From contig JNBS01000019.1 in the NCBI GenBank assembly GCA_002081575.1, positions 1-43,190 on the forward strand: a DNA stretch of 43,190 nt. Reading direction: 5' to 3'. The translations under genes and the position numbers were made by a program. This document shows positions 1 through 10,162 of the stretch, piece after piece (within the stretch, counting starts at the first letter, position 1; each line of letters starts with the position of its first letter). The notes under the pieces were generated by a model. It saw nothing but the letters and a program-made list of their open reading frames with translations. It was not told where the DNA came from and did not search any database. This DNA is from Thraustotheca clavata. Lineage: Eukaryota.

Positions 1-685
1 TGTTCGACATGTTGAAATTGAAAATGACAAAGAATCTTCTTATCTTCCTTGGATTCCCGTAAAATGGTATAGTAAACAGCAAATACGTTAAAATTACGGT
101 ATTTCTACTTATGGGCACTAACGAGACAAATAGGTTAAAGAGGGTCTTTTTGATTCTAAAACGAGGTTTTAAAGAGAGCAAAGTATGGAGAAGATAAAGC
201 TTTCAATGTATTATCTTATTAGCATGTTATAGCTCTTCAGAACACAAATGAATCATACCGACGCAATGATATTTCAGACAAAGTTGCGTGTTTGTAATCC
301 TTTCGTTTACAATTTTACTAAAATTACGCAACCTTGTGGCTACTTTATTTACTGTATGTTGTAGACCGGATTTAAGCATGCATAAATTTTAATTACTTTG
401 AATAGGATTGCTTTAATATGATGAAGAAAGCAGTATAAAGCTTGGAAATAAATGAATTCATTGAACATATTGCTACATCAACTTTTTAAAATGATACAAC
501 TTCCTTTACATTGACAACAAGTTGCGTGAAAATAGACTATTGCCAAGTACCTTTTCAAGGTGCATTTTCAACGATATCTCTGCATCGAATGAATCCTTTT
601 AAACTATAGGATACGACGTACAATGCTTGTATCATGCAATAGAATACTCTTTTTTCCTATTCCATTCACGTGGTTACCGTTGAAA

Positions 686-722
686 CGCGCGCCAAATACC
701 GTCTGGATTTGAATTTCCCGCC
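686..722. promoter_or_regulatory. E2F-like sites plus CHR-like element upstream of the Myb gene
   Basis: GCGCCAAA at 689-696 (reverse complement TTTGGCGC), TTTGAA at 708-713 directly followed by TTTCCCGC at 714-721; both fit the E2F consensus TTTSSCGC in otherwise AT-rich DNA. Confidence 0.5.
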
Positions 723-866
723 ATTGTTTAGAAAGGCCACACACACCTCCAGCGATTCGATTTTTTTTAAATTAGTCCATTTTATCTTTATATTTGTATA
801 CTTAATAAAATATTGTAAAAAATATGTATAAACCTGTAGCATTTTTCAACGTTCTCCATAGTTGAG

Positions 867-1769
867 ATGGACATGCGCGCTGTTGTTGGTATATGTGAAT
901 ATATTTCAGTAATAAGGATCTAAAGCAATCATATAGGTAAAGAGAATGTACCTCCAATCCGAAAGAATGCAAAGAAACCATCTAGGTAAGCTTATTTAAG
1001 TGTTTTCATGCGATTTTATCAATTTGTCTAGTAAATGTACAGATAACAAGACAGAAAAAGTGGTAAAACAATGAATTACATTTAGAAATGATTGTTTTGT
1101 AGCAATTGATTGCTAATAAAGGGTACTGGGCTCCAGAGGTATGACGAGAAGAAAGCCAGTGGAATTCAATATGAGTAGGATGATCAAAAACTACGTGCAT
1201 TAGTGTATGGACTTGGTACAAAAAATTGGAATGAAATTGGTTCACATTTTCCTCATAAAAGTGGAAGACAATGTCATGAACGGTGCTTTGGTTTGTCTCT
1301 TGAGAGACTCATTATTTCTGTAGTTGGAAACATTTTTGCAATGAACTTGCAAATACACAGCAAATCAAGATAGAACAACATGATTTTACTACAGCATTTA
1401 GCAATACATTGCTTGCAAAAAGATCTACTCATACAAGTGTTAAACGCTTTTCAACACCAAGTCCTCTAGTTGAAAAAGTCAATAAACTCAACAACATTGC
1501 CAATAAACTCAAACATCGGCAAGATCATAGCCCGGATGGCGTGGCTCTTGCTATAGTACCTCCTGCAGTAAAACGAAAGCTAGAACATTGGAGTATGATG
1601 TATGGTATTGATGTTAATCAAATGGAATACGTAACATTCGTCAAAAGGCCACCAGCACCACCAACAGGTTAGCATTTAAACAATGGCATAGCTTTAATTA
1701 GCTTTAGGTTATCGACCTCGTCGTATCGTTCGCCAAACAAAGAGACAGAAAATTGATCCAACTTCGTAA
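867..1769 (+). CDS. Single-repeat Myb/SANT transcription factor (7 exons, ~215 aa) with N-terminal KEN box and basic C-terminus
   Basis: Manual splicing with GT-AG introns 889-936, 986-1031, 1063-1102, 1139-1178, 1283-1323, 1668-1707 gives an open frame: MDMRAVVGKENVPP...NKGYWAPEDDQKLRALVYGLGTKNWNEIGSHFPHKSGRQCHERWKHF...RPRRIVRQTKRQKIDPTS*. The three regularly spaced Trp and KSGRQCHERW match the Myb repeat. Confidence 0.88.
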
Positions 1770-2118
1770 GCTACTTGACAAAAGTGAATCTTACTTGTAT
1801 TAGTACCTATCATGACACTATGTTTCTCAATCAAGAAGAGATTCATGAACATCTTAAAGACATGATCGGATGGAAATATCCAAACAGTGAACCATTGCAA
1901 TCTCAATTTAGATCAATCAATAATTTAGTACGGAATAGTTAACTATATCTTTGTATTCTACCATCTACAGTATTGTACGAGGTCCTAAATTACTATAAAG
2001 TTGCACTATGAACTATAGTTTAATTAAGTAATAACTTTGGTTAGGTAGTCTGTATTCCCTCTCAATACAATTGCATTACTTAAAATTCATCAAGTATCTC
2101 ATTCAATATTTCAATAGT

Positions 2119-3356
2119 TTAGCAATACCTTTTCAATTTGACAATGCGATTTGCCGATGATTTGATAACATTTCCGATAACTTTTATTTCCAACTTTGTA
2201 CAATGATTACAATAGATATTTATCTTTCCTTTGCCACCAGGAACCAACAAAGCATTTACTATTTCAATAACTCTTTTGAAATTAATGAGAGTCAGATTTA
2301 AAGTGTCGAAGTAATTTAAGACGGTGCTCAAAGCAATTGCACCCTTGTCACCTATTCTGTTTTGTGTTATTTCCTAATAGCACGACATTGTGGTATAGCT
2401 TTGGCAATTGCAATCGCTATTGTGTTTGTCAAGTGTTAAGCACTTACGCAAAAAACCTGTAAGCGAGAACAATGGATCAATTGCTCTACTATCACACCAA
2501 TGCTATCATCGTTCAATCACTCTATCAAGTCGCTCATACTGTAGCCACATCAAAGTACATGATGTTAGTTTTCCATTATTAAATACAAGGCCACTCATTT
2601 CTTCTTCAATCAACCAATTTGAACTGTTGTTTAAACAAGGCACCACAATACCTATATATGAGATCACATTGCAACTTCAATGTGTTTGATGTATTCTGTT
2701 GGTACCAATTTGACAAAGCTATGACCATTCTTGCATTCCAGCTATAATATTTAATCAGGTCCAAACAAAAGTACTTTAAAGCTGTGAACATGTACAATGT
2801 TTCAAGAAAGTCACATAAGATTTCTCTGTTCCCCTTGTTTGACCAACTCAATGTAAGATGCTATAAAGTAGTGCATATTACAGGATTTCGCACCATCTTT
2901 GGTGGTAATGACGGAACACCGTTGCTATAGCAGTCGCTTGAACAAGTCAACATTAAAGTTTACGCTTGGGCAGTGCTCATGAAACAACCACTTGATATTG
3001 ATCTCAACCGTGATAGCTTTTGGAATCTCAATGCATCGCAATAATGGGTTTGCGTGCACTTTTCCATACATTTGTAAACATATTTCAACTACCCAAGAAA
3101 TCTGGGGCTTGACAACAATACATGGTGTAGTAAAATTTGGCCACAATTGAATGCCACACGGATCACATCGTGTACTTCGACAAATATGACCCCAAATCTG
3201 TTTTATTCGACCTCTTTCTCTCTCTGAATATAAAAGACGTAGTGCAAGCATTGGATCTGTCAAGGAATATGTTGGTAGTGCAAAAAGTAGACGATATATA
3301 TCGGACGATGCTATCAAGTACCGACTAATGCTTTCAACAAGTATTGGTGGCACCAT
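2119..3356 (-). pseudogene. Degenerate F-box-like/RNI-type LRR gene (copy A)
   Basis: Fragments MVPPILVESISRYL...LFALP...LWPNFT, SWSNKG...ALSNWYQQNTSNTL and QNRIGDKGAIALSTVL are colinear with copy B. There is an in-frame TAG at 2861-2863 (CTTL*HLTLSWS versus CSNLKHITLRWS in copy B) and several frameshifts. Confidence 0.75.
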
Positions 3357-3685
3357 TATCAAACTAAATTTGAAATGTTTCCTTGTCCTCTCTCAAGAAC
3401 CTTTTACAGAAAATGACATACATGACAGCAAGAAATAAAGCTGACACACTGGCAAACTATGACTTATAGGTTTAGCATGAAAAAAGACATAATAATACAA
3501 AAGTTAACTACAGAGCTTTAGTATTCAGAGTTGGTCAAACCAAAATTGAATTAACTGCAAACACAACTATGTTTTACCGTCTGATTACAATAGGAGCTGT
3601 ATGAACGCTTGCACATATTGTCTAGACTTAATTGACAATAACGATTAGCTGATAACTCGATTCTCCTTCTGATAATTTTTACTTC

Positions 3686-5083
3686 CTATGAATTAAGATG
3701 GTTTCCACATAAATTGATGTCTTCTATATCTATACACCCAAGTAATGCCAAAGCTTTAGCTATTGCAGCAGCTCCTTTGAATTTAATGCAGTTTCTATTT
3801 AAATTGTTAGCATTTAAACAAGACATGACGTTGCTCAAAGCAAATGCACCATCGTCACCGATTCTGTTGTTTGATAAATCTAATTTCTGCATCGCACCAT
3901 ATTCTTTTATTCCTTTGCAATAGCAGTTGCCGTGACACTTGTCAAATACTGTTGAATTAAAGAGCTTGTAAACGAGAGCAATGAACCAGTTGCTCAATCA
4001 CGACAAGTGCGTAGTCATCGTCCACATTATTTTCAATTAAAACCAAGCTGACAAGTTGGGGTAATATCTTAGCCATGTGCCTACAGCAATCAATGTCAAG
4101 GGTGCATCGCTCAATAGTTAGATCTCGTAAGTTTGATATGCATCACAATCGGCAATAATTGATAAGTTTGAATTGTGTTTGCAAAACTCAATTTAAGTCT
4201 ACATAAAGTTTATAGTTTTCATCATTCGAGTCACATCAATAAGTTGGTCCCATTTCAAATATTTCAATGTACACGATATGACTTTACCATTATTGAACAC
4301 AACATTGTACACATTTTCTCGAATCATTCGATATGAAATTTCTGTAAAAAATTGATTCCACCAAGTACTGCGTATCATAAAATTAAAGTCCAATTCAAGT
4401 GTATTTGATCCGCTTTTGCGATACCATTTAGATAAAGCTTTATTCTCCAAAATAATATATCTTTGGTTGCTCATTCGTATACAAATATTACTGTAATTGC
4501 TTTATACTCGTGCAAAGTTTCACCTAATACACTTAAGGCCATATAATCGGTACTCCAACGTAATGTAATATGCTTTAGATTTGAGCAAGTTGGTAAATTA
4601 TTCAATAACGATGGTCTTACCTCATGATCTGCCCAATGTTCACTATGAACTTTAATATCAAGGGACTCAATGTTAAAGGCACTGTTTGCAAATTCCCACT
4701 CATTAAAATTGGCAATGAGAACGCTAACTTTAATTGTTTCGGGAATGCAATTGGCAACCAAACAAGGATTAACATTTACAACTTGATACAATGTCAGACA
4801 CTTTCGAATGAGCAAACACATATCAAGTTTAATTTTTTCACATTTCAACGTAAAATTTGGCCAGAGTGTCATGCCACACGATCACATTCTCCATCGCAAT
4901 CTCCAAATCTGCAGATGTATAAACAGGTTGAATTCCTCCTTTATCTCTCATTAAAAATAATAAACGAAATGCCAACATTGGTTCAGTCAAAGAATACGTT
5001 GGTATTGCAAACACAAACTTTTGCATATCTAACGAGCTGATCAAGTACCGACCGATGCTTTCTACAATAATTGCAGACAACAT
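3686..5083 (-). pseudogene. Degenerate F-box-like/RNI-type LRR gene (copy B)
   Basis: MLSAIIVESIGRYL...FAIPTYSLTEPMLAFRLL, frameshift near 4880, then TLWPNFT..., ALSKWYRKSGSNTL, and the LRR LDLSNNRIGDDGAFALS. Split over four ORFs with no convincing introns at the breaks. Confidence 0.72.
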
Positions 5084-5217
5084 GGCAATTTACAAACTAA
5101 ATCTTGTACTTAAGAGGTAAAATTCCTAAGATGATACTTGATGCATTTTGACTGAAAGTAAGAATTTGAATCTTTTTTAGGCTACCCCCGGGGGAGGGGG
5201 GTGGTTAATATCGTTAC

Positions 5218-5235
5218 TTTCAAATTTGGCGCCAA
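5218..5235. promoter_or_regulatory. E2F-like palindrome with adjacent CHR-like element
   Basis: TTTCAAA (5218-5224) followed by TTTGGCGCCAA (5225-5235), ~135 bp upstream of the ATG at 5369. Confidence 0.45.
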
Positions 5236-5368
5236 GTCCATCGATCAATTACATCTACAAGCGTCTGATCTCTTCTTTAACTCTTCTGTCAACGCTATAC
5301 AAGGTTTTCCTAAAGGTAATCTTTGCATCTATCGATCTATGTGTGTCCATCTGCGATTTAGTGACCAC

Positions 5369-6208
5369 ATGGCGACAGAAGCTGCATTGAAAGCAAACTT
5401 GGCGTACGTGGAGGCATTAGAAGAGATTCTTGACGAGTTAAACAAGAAAGAAACAGAACTCGCACTTCGTATTGATGTACTGAAGGCTAAAGGGGCTCGT
5501 CCTGTTTCTGTAGAGAGTGTTGAGGAGATTAAAAAGCCATTTCTGGCTGCTGATGCCCTTGTACAGCTTCCATCCGGTCGAATTCAAAGCAAACGCGTGC
5601 AGCCAACGACTAGCAGTACACAACACCTTGCACCATACGTAGAGAAGCTCAAGTGTGCGATTGGAGTGAACAGAACGCTGGAAATTCGCGTGAAAGGCAT
5701 TTCTAGGGTCTTGAGAGAATTACCAAAGAATGCAGAACAATTGAATGCTGAAGAATGGGAAAAGTTTGCAAAGGAACAAAAAGAAAACACAAAAAGTAAT
5801 TGCTATCGATTGTGTTGGCGGTATTACGTGTCCCCACAATGGCGAAGAGAGAAATGGACAAGTAATGAGATGAAATTACTATTGAAACTTGGATTTAAAA
5901 GTCATGACTGGAATGCAATTGCTGAAGAATTGGCAAAAGAGTGTAAAACAAGCAAAAGAAGACTTGCTGAGGCATGTTTAATTCGATTCCAGCAATTGTA
6001 TAGAAAAGAACGAGCTTACGAAGATTCAAAGAAGAAAAAACGCAAAGCATTTAGCTGTATTGATGATAGAAGACTGATTCTCGCTGTGTATGCCTATTGT
6101 GAGACGAATTTGAATATTGACAGTGAAAAATGGACAAAAATCAGTGAATACTTTACTGATAAGACTGTGGCAGAATGCAAAGATCGGTTTAAGTCAATTA
6201 TCAAGTGA
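5369..6208 (+). CDS. Myb-repeat protein resembling the SNAPc large subunit (SNAP190/SNAPC4) N-terminal region
   Basis: First good ATG at 5369. ALKANLAYVEALEEILDEL resembles the SNAPC4 N-terminal coiled coil, followed by Myb repeats (CRLCWRYYVSP..REKWTSNE..LL...DWNAIAEEL...CLIRFQ; FSCIDDRRL...WTKISEYFTDKTVAECKDRF). Confidence 0.7.
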   Translation: MATEAALKANLAYVEALEEILDELNKKETELALRIDVLKAKGARPVSVESVEEIKKPFLAADALVQLPSGRIQSKRVQPTTSSTQHLAPYVEKLKCAIGVNRTLEIRVKGISRVLRELPKNAEQLNAEEWEKFAKEQKENTKSNCYRLCWRYYVSPQWRREKWTSNEMKLLLKLGFKSHDWNAIAEELAKECKTSKRRLAEACLIRFQQLYRKERAYEDSKKKKRKAFSCIDDRRLILAVYAYCETNLNIDSEKWTKISEYFTDKTVAECKDRFKSIIK

Positions 6209-6285
6209 ATGTGGTATTTCAAAAAGATACTATGGTCACAACTAATATCAATGACTAGATGCCAAATTTATAATAGAAATTTAAA

Positions 6286-7743
6286 TTAAAAGCTGATATG
6301 CTTGGGGCAAGGAACAAATGATTGTGCTGTGATTTGATTTACTTGATTTCGACGAAGATCAATCAACTCCAATGCAGGCCCATATCTTTGAAAACAATCA
6401 GCTGTAAAAGCATTGTAAATGGCTCGACATCCATCGTTTTTGATTTTATTTGATTTAAAATCCATCGTGACTAGATGCCGAAATGAACCTTTTAAAAATG
6501 CGTGTGCAATGGCTTTACCTCCAGCATCACCGATCATATTACAACTAAATACCATGTGCTTTAAATTCTGCAACCCACCAACAGCTAATGCATCAAGTAT
6601 ACACTGCAATCCACTGGCATCTAAATTGTTTGCTTTCAAATCAAGATGACTTAACTGGGTACAAGCCCCTTGTGCAAAAGATTTACCTAATGAAGCAACT
6701 CCTCTTAGTTTGATATCATTCCATCCAAGATTTAAATGCTTTAGCCTTGGACAAGCCCCTGTAAGCAAAGATCGGCCAAGTTCAACACAACCACGTTCAC
6801 CAATATGATCACCTTGGCAGATTTCAACATGGCGAAATCGTTTAAGATTGATGGTAAACAAACTCTTTATTTTGGAGCTGTTGGCTTGTGGTTTATCTTG
6901 TGGTTCCTCTTTCTTTGGTGGTGCAAGACGTAAGATAAGCTCAACTGTTGTTTCAATTTGCTCAGGATGAACTATGGGTGGTGGTGTGTTAATTGCTGGA
7001 AGTGTACCATACTTTCGACCAAGAGTTTCTGCGTATTCACTTGTTGATAAAAGTTGCTCGGTCCTATACTCTGTTTTTGCTTTATGAAGAAGACTTTTTT
7101 CAATTTCAGTAATGGGAATTGGACTTGGAAGTGCTGGCGCAGATGATGAAGTTGTAATCACTGGAGGCTTTCGTCGAATAAATCCAAGTACATTTCCAGC
7201 GTCAACATTTAATCGATGTAATCGTATTTCAGATACAATGGTCATTTTGGCATCGAGCTTTTGGTTTCGTATATCACACAACTCCGTCTTATTTGCCATC
7301 ATTTTATCATTTTTCTTGTTGGCTTTCTTTTGCAATTTATGCTTTCGTTTTCTCTTGGTTTCAAGTTTTTGTTCTTGTTGCTGCTGCAATACCATCGTTT
7401 GTTCCAATTGTTTTTGCATTAAATACTCTGCTTTAGCTTTTTCATAAGCAACATCTTCTTTCCATTTCAACGTTGTATTAGTTCGATTTTCAAATCGACT
7501 TTCAGGTGTACCAATAATGGTTTTAATAGCACTTTTTACATGGTGTCCAACTTGTGTAACAAAATCCACAGGTTCTTCCTCTGATGAACTTGAATCATTT
7601 AAATATGATTCCATTTCATCATCATCACTACTTTCTTCACTCGATTCCTCAGCAGACTCGGACGATGAAGAAACACTGGAATGAACAAGTACTTGACTTA
7701 AAGTCGTCTCACCATCTTCATCATCACTTATACTGCTCATCAA
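6286..7743 (-). CDS. RNI-like leucine-rich repeat protein with acidic N-terminus and coiled coil
   Basis: 485 aa uninterrupted ORF. C-terminal repeats LKHLNLGWNDIKLRG, LSHLDLKANNLDASG, LKHMVFSCNMIGDAG, LVTMDFKSNKIKNDG. Confidence 0.88.
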   Translation of the reverse strand: MMSSISDDEDGETTLSQVLVHSSVSSSSESAEESSEESSDDDEMESYLNDSSSSEEEPVDFVTQVGHHVKSAIKTIIGTPESRFENRTNTTLKWKEDVAYEKAKAEYLMQKQLEQTMVLQQQQEQKLETKRKRKHKLQKKANKKNDKMMANKTELCDIRNQKLDAKMTIVSEIRLHRLNVDAGNVLGFIRRKPPVITTSSSAPALPSPIPITEIEKSLLHKAKTEYRTEQLLSTSEYAETLGRKYGTLPAINTPPPIVHPEQIETTVELILRLAPPKKEEPQDKPQANSSKIKSLFTINLKRFRHVEICQGDHIGERGCVELGRSLLTGACPRLKHLNLGWNDIKLRGVASLGKSFAQGACTQLSHLDLKANNLDASGLQCILDALAVGGLQNLKHMVFSCNMIGDAGGKAIAHAFLKGSFRHLVTMDFKSNKIKNDGCRAIYNAFTADCFQRYGPALELIDLRRNQVNQITAQSFVPCPKHISF

Positions 7744-7851
7744 CTCGAAATCAAATCATTAAGCTGTTTATAGCTACCAATTCTATTGTTCAATTTAAGC
7801 TATAAACAGCAATGTGATATTTCCACACCAAAGTGGCAATTATATCTCAAC

Positions 7852-7988
7852 AACTACAATATAGCTTTAACTACTTTTCAAGCAAAAGGGATTTAGCAAT
7901 AGTAATACCATTGTAAATATCATAGTTATTAACTACGATATACTGCTTTGATCAACTTTTCAAGCTCAAGGGATTTAACAATACTAAT
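7852..7988 (+). repeat. Imperfect ~55 bp direct repeat (2 copies)
   Basis: 7852-7906 aactacaatatagcttt..acttttcaagcaaaagggatttagcaatagtaat versus 7931-7988 aactacgatatactgcttt..acttttcaagctcaagggatttaacaatactaat. Confidence 0.7.
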
Positions 7989-8403
7989 TTCTATTGGCAT
8001 TATCTTAATTATAAGAACAGTACAACAATTAAAGCTAAGTTGAGACTAATTTCTAATTCTAAGGTTTTCAGTACTTAATGACTTTGAAAGAGAAGATAAG
8101 AGCAGTGTTAAATAGAATTATTTAGTACTTTAAAAGGGTATTACAATGGACATTGCAATGGACATCAAAGAATCAGTATCAAATTGATTCCGAATTATTA
8201 TTAAACTATTGTATTTCAAGCTAAAATATCAAAACTCTATTTATTGTTTATAGAAGTATATTTTAAGCATGAAACACTACTAAATCAGGAAGAAAGCAGT
8301 TAATAAATTTGATGTGCATGTGAAAAATAGATTGGCTAGTAAAAGCAATCGTTTTTGATCGAATGGTTGAGTAAAAAGATTTCAGAAGTCAATTTACTTT
8401 CAA

Positions 8404-9024
8404 ATGCCTACATTGCCACCACGTCTTCTTGGATTACTCCATGCTCGTCAATTAGCACCAATTATTCATGGATTGAGTATTTGTTCAAGTTTCCTTACTG
8501 CTGGATTTACAGTGAATTATCTTACAACAACTACTTGTGATCCATTTGTGACAGCAATTAGCAATATGGGCCAATTTCAATTTCAATTTGCTTCCAGTGT
8601 CTTGACTATCATGTGCAGTATTGCATCGATGATAATTTCCTATCGTAATAAAGAATGGTACACTAAACAACGTCTTCTGGTCATGGCTATTGATGTTATG
8701 TGTTTTGTCTTGATGATTGCAGCAACAACTTCAGTCAATTTTTCAGCTGCTGGACAATATGTTTGTACACAAAACTATTACACAGAACTCAATGAAATTT
8801 GTGATGTGAATTGTGGTGCTTTGAATGGAACTTTAGTTGGTGGAGGTATTACAGTATTGTTACTACTTTTTTCAATTTTGTCTTGTGCTTATCAATTGCA
8901 TTTAAGTGATCGTCGTCCAATGTTTCTTGTGGAAACACCAGAAACTAAAAATCACATTCTCATGGAAACACCACGTACTGATTGTCTTCACATTGATTGT
9001 GAGACTCCAACAATGGCTGTCTAA
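8404..9024 (+). CDS. Four-transmembrane membrane protein (MARVEL/CASP-like topology), paralog 1
   Basis: 206 aa ORF, four hydrophobic segments, Cys-containing loops (CDPFVTAIS..FQ; CDVNCGAL) shared with the neighbouring gene. Confidence 0.8.
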   Translation: MPTLPPRLLGLLHARQLAPIIHGLSICSSFLTAGFTVNYLTTTTCDPFVTAISNMGQFQFQFASSVLTIMCSIASMIISYRNKEWYTKQRLLVMAIDVMCFVLMIAATTSVNFSAAGQYVCTQNYYTELNEICDVNCGALNGTLVGGGITVLLLLFSILSCAYQLHLSDRRPMFLVETPETKNHILMETPRTDCLHIDCETPTMAV

Positions 9025-9056
9025 ATGTATTTTGGATATTAAAAATTGTAATGTAT

Positions 9057-9197
9057 CTTAGTTGGCTACAATAGCAATATTGTTATTTTTGTAGAAATTT
9101 ATAGTTAGCTTAGTTACCTACAGTATGAATATTGTTATCTTAGCTACTTACAGTACGAATATTGTAAATTTGTTACCTACAATATATATATTGTCAT
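9057..9197 (+). repeat. Degenerate ~30 bp minisatellite (about 4 copies)
   Basis: Units at 9057, 9109, 9139 and 9169 resemble cttagttacctacagtatgaatattgttat. Confidence 0.65.
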
Positions 9198-9358
9198 GTT
9201 TCCACCCAACTATTCCACTGTTAGAATAATTAATAAAAATGATTGAAATGCAATTCCTTTCAGTTAGTGCATTTCTCTTTGATCGAAATAGCATTTCTTC
9301 TGTACTTTCTTGTCCTTTCTTTAGTCAATCATTTCCTTATTTTCTTGGTTAACAAACA

Positions 9359-9955
9359 ATGAATTTTACAATAATCAAAAAGGCGTTAATGAGCCCATGG
9401 CTTTCAAAAGTGCTATTTGGAATGACATTTCTTCTTGGAATCATCACAATGGCATTTGTGTCGAAATACCTAAAGAAAACAATGTGTATTGCATATGTGC
9501 CTGCTATTAGTGATACAATGGAATTTCAATACCTTTTAACTGCGTCGATTCTTTCAGCTTTGTTGGGAATGACGTTAATGATTTTGGCTCATCACTATAC
9601 TGCTTTCTATTCAAAATACCAAATTTTGAACATTGGAGCATTTGCTTTATGTGCTGCAATGACACTTGGTTCACTTGTAGCTGTGAAAAATTCTGGTGCT
9701 AGTAGACTAATGTGTCGAAGACGTGCCGATTTGGACATTAAATCTCAATGTTCTGTAGATTGCAGTGCATTAAAAGCTGCTGTCATTTGCAACATTTTAC
9801 TACTTGTAGTGCTTTTGTTGACTATAACCAGCGAAGTTTACCAATACAACATGAAAAAACTCAATGAAATGGTGCACTATGCAGCCAAGTTTGAATTGAT
9901 GGAAACACCAAAAATCGTCCACGTTGATGGGAATTCACCAGTTAAGGTTACTTAA
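9359..9955 (+). CDS. Four-transmembrane membrane protein, paralog 2
   Basis: 198 aa ORF. CIAYVPAIS..FQ, CSVDCSAL and LMETP align with the 8404 gene. Confidence 0.8.
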   Translation: MNFTIIKKALMSPWLSKVLFGMTFLLGIITMAFVSKYLKKTMCIAYVPAISDTMEFQYLLTASILSALLGMTLMILAHHYTAFYSKYQILNIGAFALCAAMTLGSLVAVKNSGASRLMCRRRADLDIKSQCSVDCSALKAAVICNILLLVVLLLTITSEVYQYNMKKLNEMVHYAAKFELMETPKIVHVDGNSPVKVT

Positions 9956-10162
9956 AGGAGCTTTCTTTTGTGTATTACATTTTTATGTGCCTTTGTAATT
10001 GAAAAATATATGTACCTTTGTAAATCGAGTTGATTGTCTTCTTACCTAAAAACTTTAGTGCTAATCATGACTCAAAAACAAAATCGCTACATGAATTCTA
10101 CCAGAAATGATGAAAGTTAGAATTAATATCAAAACGTGTCATATTCATTATGCAGGATTATT

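Noticed and set aside
1..490. Possible 3' end of a spliced gene (VRHVEIENDKESSYLPWIPVKWYSK...RAKYGEDKAFN)
   Set aside because: Intron-like segments are present, but no stop-free model could be built and no family was recognised. May be a pseudogene.
5175..5205. Helitron 3' hairpin at the G/C tract
   Set aside because: No properly placed CTRR-T terminus and no 5' TC end identified.
5201..5368. N-terminal extension of the Myb ORF from GTG at 5201
   Set aside because: Non-ATG start; the region holds promoter-like motifs, and SNAPC4-like similarity begins at the ATG at 5369.
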